A stretch of 64,000 nucleotides of DNA from Octopus sinensis (taxonomy: Eukaryota): assembly GCF_006345805.1 (NCBI RefSeq), contig NC_043005.1, forward strand, positions 2,356,001 to 2,420,000. The letters run 5' to 3'. The notes under the pieces are model-generated. The model did not search any database. It had not been told where the DNA came from and was given only the letters and a program-made list of their open reading frames with translations. The position numbers and the translations under genes are program-made. Within the stretch, counting starts at the first letter, position 1; each line of letters opens with the position of its first letter. Positions 13,879-26,390 of the stretch are shown here, in pieces.

Positions 13879-14449
13879 GATAATATCGATATTTAAGTAT
13901 CCATATTATGGATGTTGGTGTCTCTTAGACACCCTCATTTTTAATTATATATATATATATATATAAACATATACCTGTCTGTGTTTTGTGGCACGAAGCA
14001 AAGTAGGCCTTGCCATTCACTCAAAGTAACACATAATAAATAATCTACAAGCACTCAAGCAAACAGAATCCTCAACTTGTTACATTTGCCAAAAGTGTTG
14101 CAAGGCACCAGCAGGCATCAAGAGACACATTCGTGTCCACAGAACCTGATCAGTTCTTTATTTTACTGAACCATCATTTGTCGGTCACGACAAGAGAATC
14201 CATAACGTAATTAGCTACTCTACATTGATAAGGGGCAAAAAACCCGAAACCGGTCTTTGGTGGCTGAACCAGCAATGGGCAGTTGATGACCTCCCCTGTT
14301 CGAAGGTGTTACGGATGCACATCTGTGTGACACATAGCTAGCTAGAGGCGATGGCCCCGTGGAGATAATTAACGGCAGCATTCGTCCTATTTCTCTGGAC
14401 TGCAACGTTAGCTTGGCGATGAATATATATATAACTCTCTCTCTCTATT

Positions 14450-14513
<64 letters not shown>

Positions 14514-14574
14514 TGATTGTGTGTGTGTGTGTGTATGCATATGTATATATATATATATATGTGCGTGTGTATGT

Positions 14575-14607
<33 letters not shown>

Positions 14608-15178
14608 GAGGATAATATCGATATTTAAGTATCCATATTATGGATGTTGGTGTCTCTTAGACACCCTCATTTTTAATTATATATATATATATATAAACAT
14701 ATACCTGTCTGTGTTTTGTGGCACGAAGCAAAGTAGGCCTTGCCATTCACTCAAAGTAACACATAATAAATAATCTACAAGCACTCAAGCAAACAGAATC
14801 CTCAACTTGTTACATTTGCCAAAAGTGTTGCAAGGCACCAGCAGGCATCAAGAGACACATTCGTGTCCACAGAACCTGATCAGTTCTTTATTTTACTGAA
14901 CCATCATTTGTCGGTCACGACAAGAGAATCCATAACGTAATTAGCTACTCTACATTGATAAGGGGCAAAAAACCCGAAACCGGTCTTTGGTGGCTGAACC
15001 AGCAATGGGCAGTTGATGACCTCCCCTGTTCGAAGGTGTTACGGATGCACATCTGTGTGACACATAGCTAGCTAGAGGCGATGGCCCCGTGGAGATAATT
15101 ACGGCAGCATTCGTCCTATTTCTCTGGACTGCAACGTTAGCTTGGCGATGAATATATATATAACTCTCTCTCTCTATT

Positions 15179-15236
<58 letters not shown>

Positions 15237-15285
15237 TGATTGTGTGTGTGTGTGTGTATGCATATGTATATATATATATATATAC
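13790..15285 (+). repeat. Direct tandem duplication, unit about 730 bp, nearly identical copies
   Basis: GAGGATAATATCG at 13876 and 14608; GCTTGGCGATG at 14411 and 15140. The only difference seen outside the microsatellites is a 1-bp indel (AATTAACGG / AATTACGG). Confidence 0.95.
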
Positions 15286-15709
15286 ATTAAGTTATTTATA
15301 AATGTGTGCGTGTGTCTGTAGAATAATAAAGTAGTCATAATTTTGGATGATTATCTATATTTTTTTATTTATTTACATTTTTAACGCTCTCTTTCGTTAT
15401 CGGATTTATCAAAAAATGGTTTAAAGTTAAATTTCTAGGCCTTTTTATATACACAGAATTTTGTGGAGTTTGCCAAGCAAGGGAGGAGAAAGAAGAAAGA
15501 AATTTGTGAGGAAGAGGGGGAGGTAAAGAGGTGTGGCTTTTGTATTGGTATGGTCAGACCACACCAAGACAAAGCCACATATTGGCTCATATGAAGAAAG
15601 AATGGTAGACAGGCAGCCAGCCAGACAGACAGACAGATCGATAGATAAATGTGTGTGTGTATGCGTATGTGCCTGTGTGTATGTGCGTTGTGTGTGTGTG
15701 TGTGTCATC

Positions 15710-16029
15710 ATGCAATTATCGAATCGTGTAAATATAAGTCCGTTTCTTTCTGTTGTGATTGCAGGGAGTTTATACATTTATGCTGTGAGTGTTTTCGTTC
15801 CCGAACGCTTTGTTACCGCCAACCCCTTAAGTTTGTCCTTCATAAGAACGGCTTATACAACCAATAACTCAAAATGTGGCGTACAAGGAGTTATAATGAG
15901 CATCCATCCTCCCCGGGAGAAAGAGCATCGCTGTTCAAGCAGCATCATCAAAACATTTGGCTGTAGAGGTCAATGTTATTCATACACCGAAATGAACAGT
16001 AACCTCACAAGAGTCATTCGTTCCTGCAG
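15710..16029 (+). CDS. Coding exon 1 of a secreted 11-Cys cystine-knot protein (bursicon-alpha/Norrin-like)
   Basis: ATG at 15710 opens MQLSNRVNISPFLSVVIAGSLYIYAVSVFVPERFVTA|NPLSLSFIRTAYTTNNSKCGVQGVIMSIHPPREKEHRCSSSIIKTFGCRGQCYSYTEMNSNLTRVIRSC. This has a hydrophobic signal-peptide-like start and a CxGxC knot motif. It ends at a phase-2 donor CAG|GTGACT (GT at 16030-16031). The true start may instead be on an upstream exon using the strong acceptor TTTCTTTCTGTTGTGATTGCAG at 15763-15764. Confidence 0.88.
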
Positions 16030-16038
16030 GTGACTATA

Positions 16039-16076
<38 letters not shown>

Positions 16077-16097
16077 TCATTATTATTATTATTATTA

Positions 16098-16135
<38 letters not shown>

Positions 16136-16234
16136 TATTATTATTATTATTATTTTTTTTTTTTTTTTTTATTATTATTATTTTTATTATTATTATTTAT
16201 TATTATTTTTATTATTATTATTATTATATTATTA

Positions 16235-16305
<71 letters not shown>

Positions 16306-16326
16306 TTTATCATTATTATTATTATT

Positions 16327-17407
16327 CAGTAGTTTTATTTTTATAGCGTGCTTTCACTTCACTACCGAGCGCAGCTCTGTGTGCCTTGGGTATGTGCTGT
16401 GATTTGTTGTGATGCTCTGATGGTTATTGTATGGAAAGTGTTCTGCGTAGGATGTGTGCAGTGCCTAGTAGTGCAATTTTCTGTATGTTATATGTGTTTG
16501 TAAGTCCTGGTGCTTTTGTTATGTATTTGTCTGAATATTTTTTATCATGCCTAATGCACCTACTATGATAGGAATTGTTTCTGTTTTCAGATTCCACATT
16601 CTGGTTACCTCTATTTCCAGGTCTTTGTATTTTGAGAGTTTCTCCATTTCTTTTAGAGACACGTTGTCATCTGCCGGTATTGATACATCAATTAGAAAGC
16701 ATTTTTTTTCTTCATGATCTCTGACAACTATATCTGGTCTGTTGGCCTTAATTTCTCTATCTGTGTGTATCGCCATATCCCAGAGTATGGTTGCCTTCTC
16801 GTTTTCTGTGACCTTTTCTGGTGTGTGCCTATACCATCTTTTTTCTGTTGTTATTCCATAATGTTGGCATAGCTTCCAATGTATGTAGGTTCCAACTCTG
16901 TCATGTCTGTGAATATATTCCTTCTTAGCCAGGACTGGGCAGCTATAGATAATATGATTTATTGTTTCTTGTCCATCTCCACATATTCTGCAGCTACTTG
17001 TAATATTTCTTTTCATTACATGTTTTTGGTAATTTCTGGTGGGGAGGCTTTGGTCTTGTGCTGCAATTAAAAATCCCCCTGTTTCTGCTTTGAGTCCTGA
17101 GCTTCTCAACCATTGCTGGGATTTTTCTTTGTCTATTTCTTTTGCGTTTAGTTTAGTCCAGTATTTACCATGAAGGGGCTTTTCTTGCCATCGTTTTATC
17201 ATGGTTCGTTGCTGTTCTATTTTTAGTTTGGATTTCATTTGTTTTATAGCTTTTGTTGTTTCTTCATCTTCTTCTTCTTCTTCTTCATGTTTATTAGGTG
17301 GCATGATTTCTTGTTTGTATTTGTCAGCTTCCTTAAATACTGAGAACAGTTTTTTGTTTTGCTCCTGTTTTGCTGCTATCTGGATCAGTTTTCCTGATCC
17401 AGATAGC

Positions 17408-17410
<3 letters not shown>
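16327..17410 (-). mobile_element. Dong-like element, 5'-truncated (about 1.08 kb), flanked by (ATT)n, inside the intron
   Basis: Open frame with WQEKPLHGKY, WLRSSGLKAETGGFLIAAQDQSL, CRICGDGQETINHIIYSC, RPDIVV, IDVSIP, EKLSKYKDLEIE. Confidence 0.93.
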
Positions 17411-17450
<40 letters not shown>

Positions 17451-17462
17451 TTTTTATTATTA

Positions 17463-17538
<76 letters not shown>

Positions 17539-17869
17539 CATTATTATTATTATATGTTTGGCTTCTGCTTTGTATTTGTGGAAGTTGACTCCAAATCTCA
17601 CCCAGGGACCTCAAGAGACAACAAGTTAGAAGTACAAGTTGGTGTTATGACTAGGGTGCCATATATTTGGTTTTGCCCACGGTATTGTTCTAGAGAATGC
17701 CTAAGTAAATTAAAAGTTTTCTTTAAAAGTAATTTGATTAGTAGATGATTGTCTGATGTTAAGATGACTGTAAAATATGTTTTCTATTCTGTATATTTAA
17801 AAGTATTCTGACACTGTTTACGGATTAAGATGTTTGGGGGATTACATGGACAATATTTTACGTAGGATA

Positions 17870-18600
17870 TGCGCAGTTCCCATGAGCACTATTTATTGAG
17901 TTTCTTCCATTTGGGGATTTCCGGATATCTGAGCTAGGTAGCAATCAGCCCCTTTTGCTATCATTCCTAGGGCACCTATGACAACAGGTATTGTTTTAGT
18001 CTTCAGGGTCCACATTTTGCCAATTTCTATTTCAAGATCTTTATACTTGCTCAACGTTTTGGTAGGTCTTGAGAAAGACTTGTCGATTGGGACAGTCACA
18101 TCGATGAGGAAGCATGATTTTTGTCTGAAATCATTCGATATAATATCTGGCCTATTCGCATCTATCTTTCTGTCAGTTTGAGGAACATAGTTCCTAAGGA
18201 GTGAGATGTGATCATTTTCAAATACTGGAGGTGATTTGTGTTCCCGCTAGTTTTCATCTTGAGGTAGGTCAAAGCCTTTGCAAATTACCCAGTGAATATA
18301 CTGTGCAGCTCTATCATGCCTGAGATACTGGGTGGGCGCAAGAAGGCTGCACATGGAGACATGGTCGATGACTTTTTGGAGCTGGATGACATTCTACATG
18401 GAGAAATGTAAGTCAAGGTCACCAAAGCGTATAAAAAAAGATGGTGTTGAAATCCAACCTGAATGCCTAAATATCTATGCCCACTACCGTCGGGTTCACC
18501 CATGGTCTCTCCTGATGGTAATCTCAATCCTCTGCAGGCTGCTTTCTTCCCTGCAACATCTATTATCTTTACTTATTTTTCATTTTTATGGATAAGAACG
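17870..18600 (-). mobile_element. Older R4/Dong-like fragments (endonuclease tail and RT thumb)
   Basis: LSKYKDLEIEIGKMWTLKTKTIPVVIGALGMI; LPSGETMGEPDGSGHRYLGI. Confidence 0.8.
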
Positions 18601-18662
18601 ATATCTGGTTGTCTCGCCTCTATGACTTGGTCGCACTGCATATTAAAATCTCATATTATTAC

Positions 18663-18731
<69 letters not shown>

Positions 18732-18844
18732 CATTATTATTATTATTGTTATTATTATTATTATGTGATGAAAACTCACAGCTTATTTTGCTGGGTACGA
18801 TGGAAAGTGTCAGCTGTCCAGAGCCAGCAGACTAAGGTGACGTC

Positions 18845-19985
18845 TATTAACTGTCATGCTTCAAGAACCCTGCAAATAATTCTTGTAGTTACAAGCAATG
18901 CTAATTTTTGTAGGTGTTCTACATTTACATTTGTACCAATCTTTTTCTGCCATGTTGGTAGTTGAGTGCTGATACTTCCAATTGCACCAATTACTATTGG
19001 TATCACGTCTACTCTCCTCATTGTCCACAACCTTCGTATTTCCCACTTTAAATCGCCATAGTTGTTTATTTTTTCTTCTTCTTTCTCATTGATCCTGTTG
19101 CCACTGGGACATGCTATGTTGATAATAATACATGTTCTTTCTTTTTTATTCACCACAATAATGTCCGGTTTCCAATGTCTGGTCAGGTGATCGCACTGGA
19201 TCATTACATCCCACAGGATTTTGCAATTCTCATTCTCGGTGACTCCTTCTGAAGTTTGCTCATACCACGTCTTTGCTTTGATTTCCACAGAGTTCACAAT
19301 AGATCCTTCTTGCCACATTGTCATGCTGTCTTTTGCATTCGAGTTGTGCCAATTTCGGTCACTCGCTAACGGTAGTGTTGTCAATTCTACACTTCATATA
19401 ATTGGTCCTTAACGCTTGTTCCTGAGTGCTTCTGTCTCTATCTTTAGGTCACTCCTCCTCATTCATAGCCACCGGTCCTCTCTATCTGTCTTGACGTTTA
19501 CATCTCTTGCAAACCCACCGAACATTTTTCCTTCCATGCTTTTTCTTCTTTTTTTGTTCATTTCTTATTAAAATTTTTTCTTTAGTTATACAATTTTCAG
19601 TTTTCATGAGGTCGGTATTCTTCGTGTGCTTCAACAGTAGCTCCACGGCATCTTTTATATACCACTCCAAGCTGTTTTCCTGTGCTTTGATACAGTCCTG
19701 GCAAATGATCCAATCTTTCTCACCCTTTCCCCTGGACAAGTACAGCCTATCAGCACCACTCTTAGGGTGGAAGGCTCCGTGTACTGACAGCATTTTTCTG
19801 GTTTTGATATCTATTTTCTTCATTTCTCTCTTTTACCATTTTATAATTCCCGCTCCATACCGAAATGATGCTATCACCCACGTATTAACTGCTTCGATTT
19901 TATTCCATCCAATCAATTTTGGGCGCAGCACCAACTTCAGTCTTCGGAAATACGCCATCCTCAGTTGCTCCCTCATTTCGCTTTC
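18845..19985 (-). mobile_element. Divergent R4-clade element 3' part
   Basis: DIKTRKMLSVHGAFHPKSGADRLYLSRGKG; KILWDVMIQCDH..KPDIIVV..IACP..EKINNYGDLKWEIRRLW. Confidence 0.85.
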
Positions 19986-20079
19986 CATTATCTCGTTGCA
20001 CCATTATTATTTTCCGATTAATTTATATTTTATTTCATCTTCCGGTCGGGTCTCAACCGAAGACCTAAGGTACGTATAT

Positions 20080-21065
20080 ATTAGATGAAGAGAAACTTCC
20101 TGAGAATGTGGACGGTTGATATCAACACAAGTTTTTGAGTCTCATAAATTGTTGATTTCCCAAGGATCTGACCAAAAAATGTTTCACTACCTTTCTTGAT
20201 CATTCCCAGGGCACTTACAATAACAGGGTTAGTTTTGGTTTTTAATCTCCACATCTTAGATGTCTCAATCTCAAGGTGCTTATATTTGGACAGTTTTTCA
20301 AATTCCTTTGATGAGATGTTTCTATCAGTAGGCATTGTCATATCAATTAACAGTTATAGTTTTTGTCTTGGGTCTTTGATGACGATGTCTGGTCTGTTTT
20401 TATATTTATTTGATTGTTAGTATCCCATAGGATGGTAGCATTCTCTCCTTCAGTGACTGGATCTGGATGGTGTTCATACCAGTTTTTAGGATACGGAATA
20501 CCATAGTGACGGCATACGTTCCAATGCAGGTATTGGCCAACTCGACCGTGCCTCGTTTTATATTCTGTACGGGCAAGGACTGAGCAACCGTCGACGATGT
20601 GGTTGATACTCTCCAGTTTGTCATCGCAGAGTCTACACTTTCTCTCTACCCTATTATGTGTAACATTAGCTTGATCGTGAGGAGGCTCTGATCTTGTGCC
20701 GCTACGATAAATTCTTCCGTTTCGGCTTTAAAGCCAGCACTCTGCAGCTACTAAAGAGTTCTCATACTTACATCAGCTATGGTCTTTCTTGCCACAGTCT
20801 CCATATTTCCTTCAAGCTTTCCTATCTTACACTTTTTTGCTGCCTTAGTGGGTGCTGTGTCCCCCTTATCATCATCATAAATATGCTGGTTAAGCTCTCG
20901 TCTGTATTTATAAGCCTCCTTTGAAACTGAGTGCACCTTCTTACTCTGTTCATGCTGCCTTACCAGTTGTATCGTCGCTGTTACTTTGGATGTAGACTTG
21001 GAGTCCTATCGTGACCGTTTTATAGGACGTTTCAGATTGGATCAGACCTCTACCACCTTCCTTTT
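20080..21065 (-). mobile_element. R4/Dong-like 3' fragment
   Basis: KEGGRGLIQSETSYK; MPTDRNISSKEFEKLSKYKHLEIETSKMWRLKTKTNPVIVSALGMIKK. Confidence 0.85.
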
Positions 21066-21083
21066 TATTATTATTATTATTGT

Positions 21084-21118
<35 letters not shown>

Positions 21119-21519
21119 TATTTTACAACATATATATATGAGTAACAGTAGAGGTACATGTGTCAATCCATTAGGCCTTTCCTAACGACTCCTTTAATTG
21201 ATTAATGTAAACCTTACATCATTGTAAAGAAGCCGTTTTCGTCAGATGAATTAATGAACTTCAAAATAAAAGATATTCGAAATGATTTAATATAGCTGCG
21301 TCTAATTGTCTACATAAACTGCAAGAATATCATTCGGAGTGTACTTATGTACCAAGTTAGATATTTACATAATATTGTTGTGTGTGTACATTATTCCGAC
21401 CTAATGAGGTGCCTCAATTTAAGTAACTAATTCAACTGAATCTTACTTATGTGTGTGTGTCTGTGTGTCTGTGTGTGTGTGTATAGCTTTAAATAAAACT
21501 ATTCTCTTGTATTTTCCAG

Positions 21520-21709
21520 CTGTTGCCAACCCACAGATTTTGGTCTCCAACAAGCAATAATCAACTGCAAGAACGGTGAAAAAATGCGGAAGATTGTGAA
21601 ATTTGCCATTAACTGCCATTGTCGACCTTGTGTTTTGAAACCTAGGGTTACACTTAAAGATCTGCGCCTCATGCTCAGGATGTCCACCAGAAAACATTGG
21701 CCCAACTGA
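21520..21709 (+). CDS. Coding exon 2 (terminal) of the cystine-knot protein
   Basis: After the acceptor it reads (S)CCQPTDFGLQQAIINCKNGEKMRKIVKFAINCHCRPCVLKPRVTLKDLRLMLRMSTRKHWPN*, with TGA at 21707-21709. It supplies Cys6-Cys11 of the knot (CC-x13-C-x15-CxC-x2-C). It is absent from the ORF track because it has no ATG. Confidence 0.92.
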
Positions 21710-21745
21710 GAGATTGCGGCCAGGTTCTGCGGCTGATCATTGCAC

Positions 21746-21751
21746 AATAAA
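21746..21751 (+). terminator. Candidate polyadenylation signal of the cystine-knot gene
   Basis: AATAAA 36 nt after the stop codon. Confidence 0.5.
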
Positions 21752-21878
21752 TATAGAGATCTCTTTCTAGCTACGGACACACTAACAAACATGCGCAGAG
21801 ACACACAAATTCCAATAAGTAAACGCTCGCTCTCGTATTTGCGCACATTTAATTCCCAGAGAAACACAGACACGAACT

Positions 21879-21909
<31 letters not shown>

Positions 21910-21914
21910 ACACG

Positions 21915-21952
<38 letters not shown>

Positions 21953-22592
21953 TATGTGTGTAATTATTTTAACACAATTTCGCGCATATTTCCTCATATA
22001 AGATACTCACACATTGATCCACATCGTACAAACACACACACACACACACACACACACCACACACACACACACACACACACCTAGCGAATCCATTCCCACC
22101 GACCAACGCACACCGGTAATTACATAGCCACGGATATACGCACACGAACAGACACAACAGAGGTAAGGCATGCTTAGGTGGACCCTTATAAAAATTCAAC
22201 AACAACTTTAATTCGCTAGAATATCATCAAACATTACAACCAACAGCAACTTTGAAAGGCATTGTAGCCACCACTTCTCCATGGCAATACTTCTATCACA
22301 AACAATAGGCCAACGGTATTTACGAGCAACTTTACAAACACGAGCGATTACATCGGGAAATAACAATAGACAAAGACAATATGATGGCAATGGTCACTAC
22401 CACTACCACCACCACTACCACCACCTCTACTACTACTACTACCACCACCACCACTACCACCACCACCTCTAATACTACTACTACTACTACCACCACCACC
22501 ACCACTACTACATTTACTACTGCTGCTGCTGCTACTACCACCACTACTACAACTACTACTACTACTACTACTACTATTACTACTACTACTAC

Positions 22593-22625
<33 letters not shown>

Positions 22626-23963
22626 TAATAATGATAATAATGCAACTTCAACTAACAACCACAGCAGTAACCACACACTGTCAACATCGACACCCCACCA
22701 CAAACAACAGCACAATACTACCACCACCACCACCACCACCGCCGCCGCCGCCCACCATTACCACCACCTCCACCACCTCCACCCGCAACACCAATGCAAC
22801 CAACACCAACAACGGCGCCGAGACTGCCACACCACCACCACCACCACCACCACGATGCGCAACAGTAAGAGACAATAACACCATTTACTTTCTTTAACAC
22901 CAACCACGTAGACATCTTCAGGACACAAACAACAACAGCAACAGCAACACGCCTCCCATGCCACACCACAACGAATACTTGTATTTACGGCGACACGAAA
23001 AACATCACCCAACACGAAAAACAATAAGAAAACCTGGAATAATAAAAAAAAAGGAGCATAAAATGAAATCTAAGAAATACTTGTTGAACCGACACCGCCA
23101 TCACGAACGGAGTTGCATGAGACTTCCTTGTAAACCACTCCACCATCACCACTCCCCACCACCCAGTACTGCTGCTACTACTACTACTACTATTACTACT
23201 ACAACTATATTTCAGTCGACCCGCACCCATTCAGGTACATCTTTTAGAACAAACCAGAAGACAAACGACCCTGATTCTCTGTTCCAAAAACGAGCTGACG
23301 ATGACGACGATGTTGATGATGATGACGATGATGACGATGATGGTGATGACGACGACGATGACGACGACTATGACTACGATGATGACGCAATGAGCGACGA
23401 TGATGCTGATACTGATGTTGATCATCATCATCATCATCATCATCATGTGAAGAAGAATTCCAAACACAACGGTTTCTTCCATGTTGTGTAATTTCATTCT
23501 TTCGTTCTTTCTTTTGTTATTTTTTTCCTATTAAAATTTGATTTTCTTTCTGCACGGAGTGAAGAATCGAACCCTTGAAACCAATAAACAAAAACCAACA
23601 GCAGTTGGCAAGGAAATTATTGGGTTCAGCTGGGGTGCGGTGGCGGACGGTGATGAAACAACTTCTCCTTTCTTTCTCAATTATACTCTTTCCCTCGTCT
23701 GCTCTTCCAATCGCCTGCACTCTCCATCTTTCTCTTCTCTCCCTTTCTCACTCTCTCTCTACCAATATCTCTCTCTCTACCAATATCTCTCTCTCTCTCT
23801 CTCTTTATCTATCTATCTAGCCATCTATGGTACTCTCAACCAGTTTCTCAATCTCACACACATACATATAACTTTTCCCTTTATTTTTCTTCTTTCTTTC
23901 TTTCACTCTCTCATTCTCTCTTTTCTGTTTGTATACACACACACACACACACACAAACATATA

Positions 23964-23994
<31 letters not shown>

Positions 23995-24212
23995 GACACG
24001 TGTATGTATATATGCATATATACATGGATGTATATATGTATAAATGTGTATATGTGTGTGTATACACATTTATATATATAATATATTTATATATACACAT
24101 ATATATACATATATGCATATATATATTTGTATATATGCAAATATACATAATATATGTGTGTATATATAAATGTATATATATGTACACATTCATATATATA
24201 TATATATACATG

Positions 24213-24243
<31 letters not shown>

Positions 24244-24248
24244 GAATA

Positions 24249-24370
<122 letters not shown>

Positions 24371-24579
24371 GAATATAGACCTACATTAACATTGATCTCT
24401 CATTCACAGATGCTATGCTGAGTGTGAATAAAGTTATATTTTGTTGTCTTGGCTTGCCTTTAGTTTTCATATCTTCTCTATTCCAAATTTTTCTAACTGT
24501 TGGTGCTTTTATTATTTTACAATTTTTTTCGAGGGCTAATGCCCATAATACGAAGAATTATTTCACAAATTTCCAAGAT

Positions 24580-24720
24580 GGTGTACTGACACAATTGTTT
24601 GCGTGTCGGGCAAATTACTCTGCGCTATTTCTCCCAGCTCTCTATGTTCTGTGTTCACATTCCGCCGAGATCCACTTTGGCTTTAATCATTTCGGGGTTC
24701 ACAGGACATAAGTGAATAAT
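24580..24720 (+). mobile_element. Highly decayed SINE family A
   Basis: Weak match to the family A head and the ATTCCGCCGAG..TTTCGGGG core. Confidence 0.5.
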
Positions 24721-24850
24721 CTATTCCCCTAAAATTGCTAGCTTTGAGCCAAAGTTAAAAGAAATCTTTATTATAGCTGTATCAGGTATTTGTAACGTCA
24801 AACTATTAGTTGGAGAAGACAGTTAAGACCATGTCAAAATGATAAACATG

Positions 24851-24920
<70 letters not shown>

Positions 24921-24923
<3 letters not shown>

Positions 24924-26133
24924 GGGGACGGGAGAGAACACCGGGAACGGGAGAGAACACTGGGGACGGGAGAGAACACCGGGGATAAGGAAAGAACACC
25001 GGGGACGTTTAAGAGAGAGAACACTGGGGACGTTTAAGATGTGAGAACGATAAAACAGAGCTCCGAAATCTATCCACAAACATCGAAAACAAAGACATCC
25101 TATGGAGCCAAAAATTTACTAACAAAGGATTGAACTATATCCGAGTAAGTAATACTAAATGAAATTTATTACTATTTTCGAAACGAAATGATATATTTTA
25201 ACTCGATATCATCTCCACCTCCAACACAACACATGTAAACATGCGTGGTATATTACGATCCATCAACACCAGATCATCCCCAACCCCAAGCACCATGTAC
25301 AAAAAAACTACGAAGAAATAAAATAACACCGATATTATTCAACCCATGAATAACAATCGGGAAGTACGTACTTTAAACTTACAACACAAAATGTACGAAA
25401 AACTACACGTGCAAAACAATGTGAAAACAGAAATGAACGGACCGGTACCCTACGAAAATGACGACCGTCAAAATAATGGACCGGGTGTTGTACCTCATGT
25501 CCAGCAAATAAAACCCAAGAGACATAAATGGACACGTGAGGAATACATTTCTATCCTACACGCTTACTTCACAGCAGTGCTCTACCCAAAAAATGTAAAC
25601 ACAACAACACATACATATAAAATATGGAAGGAAAATAACATAAATATAGACTTGGATACAGCAATGAACCCTAATAAAATAGCTAACGTACGAAGATACA
25701 TTCTCAACGCAAAAAAAATATCAGAAATAGAAATAGAACATCTAAAGAAAAAATACACCAGGAAAATGTAGATAGAAGCCACACAATAATGCCCGACAAT
25801 ATAAACACTGAAACAGTAAAACACGAAGACAAACGTAACATTCCCAACAAACACGATGCAAACAAAAAACAACAAACCCAGACCGTAAGGATGCATAATA
25901 ATACACGACAAACAGCAAGCCAAAACACGACAAACAAACATACAAATGAATTCAGACAAATACATAACAAAAACACCAGGACTTACAAACACATATAACA
26001 TACAGAAAATTGCGCAGAACACTTTCCATACAATAACCATCAGAGCATCACAACAAATCACAGCACATACCTAAGGCACACAGAGCGGCGCTCGATAGTG
26101 AAGTGAAAGCACGCTATAAAAATAAAACTACTG
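24921..26133 (+). mobile_element. Internally deleted Dong-like element retaining both ends, flanked by (AAT)n
   Basis: A 5' minisatellite of about 19 bp (CACTGGGGACGGGAGAGAA) precedes an N-terminal domain (RHKWTREEYISILHAYF..NPNKIANVRRYIL). This is joined at about 25951 directly to the family 3' end and 3' UTR. Confidence 0.8.
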
Positions 26134-26137
26134 AATG

Positions 26138-26225
<88 letters not shown>

Positions 26226-26244
26226 TAATAATAATAATAATAAT

Positions 26245-26390
26245 AGTAACAACTAAAGGAGCTAAAGGAGATGGACAAGAAGTCAAGAAAGTTCCTAAAG
26301 ATGCACGAAGCCCATCATCTACGTGCAGACTCTGATCACCTATACATGAAGAGAGAAAATGGAGGAAGGAGACTGATGTGTGTGGAAGAC
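26245..26390 (+). mobile_element. R4/Dong-like RT-thumb fragment
   Basis: MDKKSRKFLKMHEAHHLRADSDHLYMKRENGGRRLMCVED. Confidence 0.8.

Larger units (their letters stand above)
16030..21519 (+). other. 5.49-kb GT-AG intron of the cystine-knot gene
   Basis: Donor GTGACT at 16030; acceptor ATTCTCTTGTATTTTCCAG ending at 21519. Phases match (AG+C = Ser) and the join restores the conserved SCSCCQ motif. Confidence 0.88.

Noticed and set aside
15533-15709. N-terminal 59 codons of ORF 15533..16033
   Set aside because: These are GACA/TG microsatellite translation upstream of the plausible ATG at 15710. The ORF's terminal R-stop is really the splice donor.
21499-21945. Minus-strand 148-aa ORF over exon 2
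   Set aside because: It is the antisense shadow of the real plus-strand exon plus a TG repeat.
22381-23491. Thr/His/Pro/Asp-rich ORFs resembling a mucin or acidic biomineral protein
   Set aside because: A mosaic of ACT/ACC/GAT trinucleotide repeats open in several frames on both strands, with no signal peptide or convincing splice sites.
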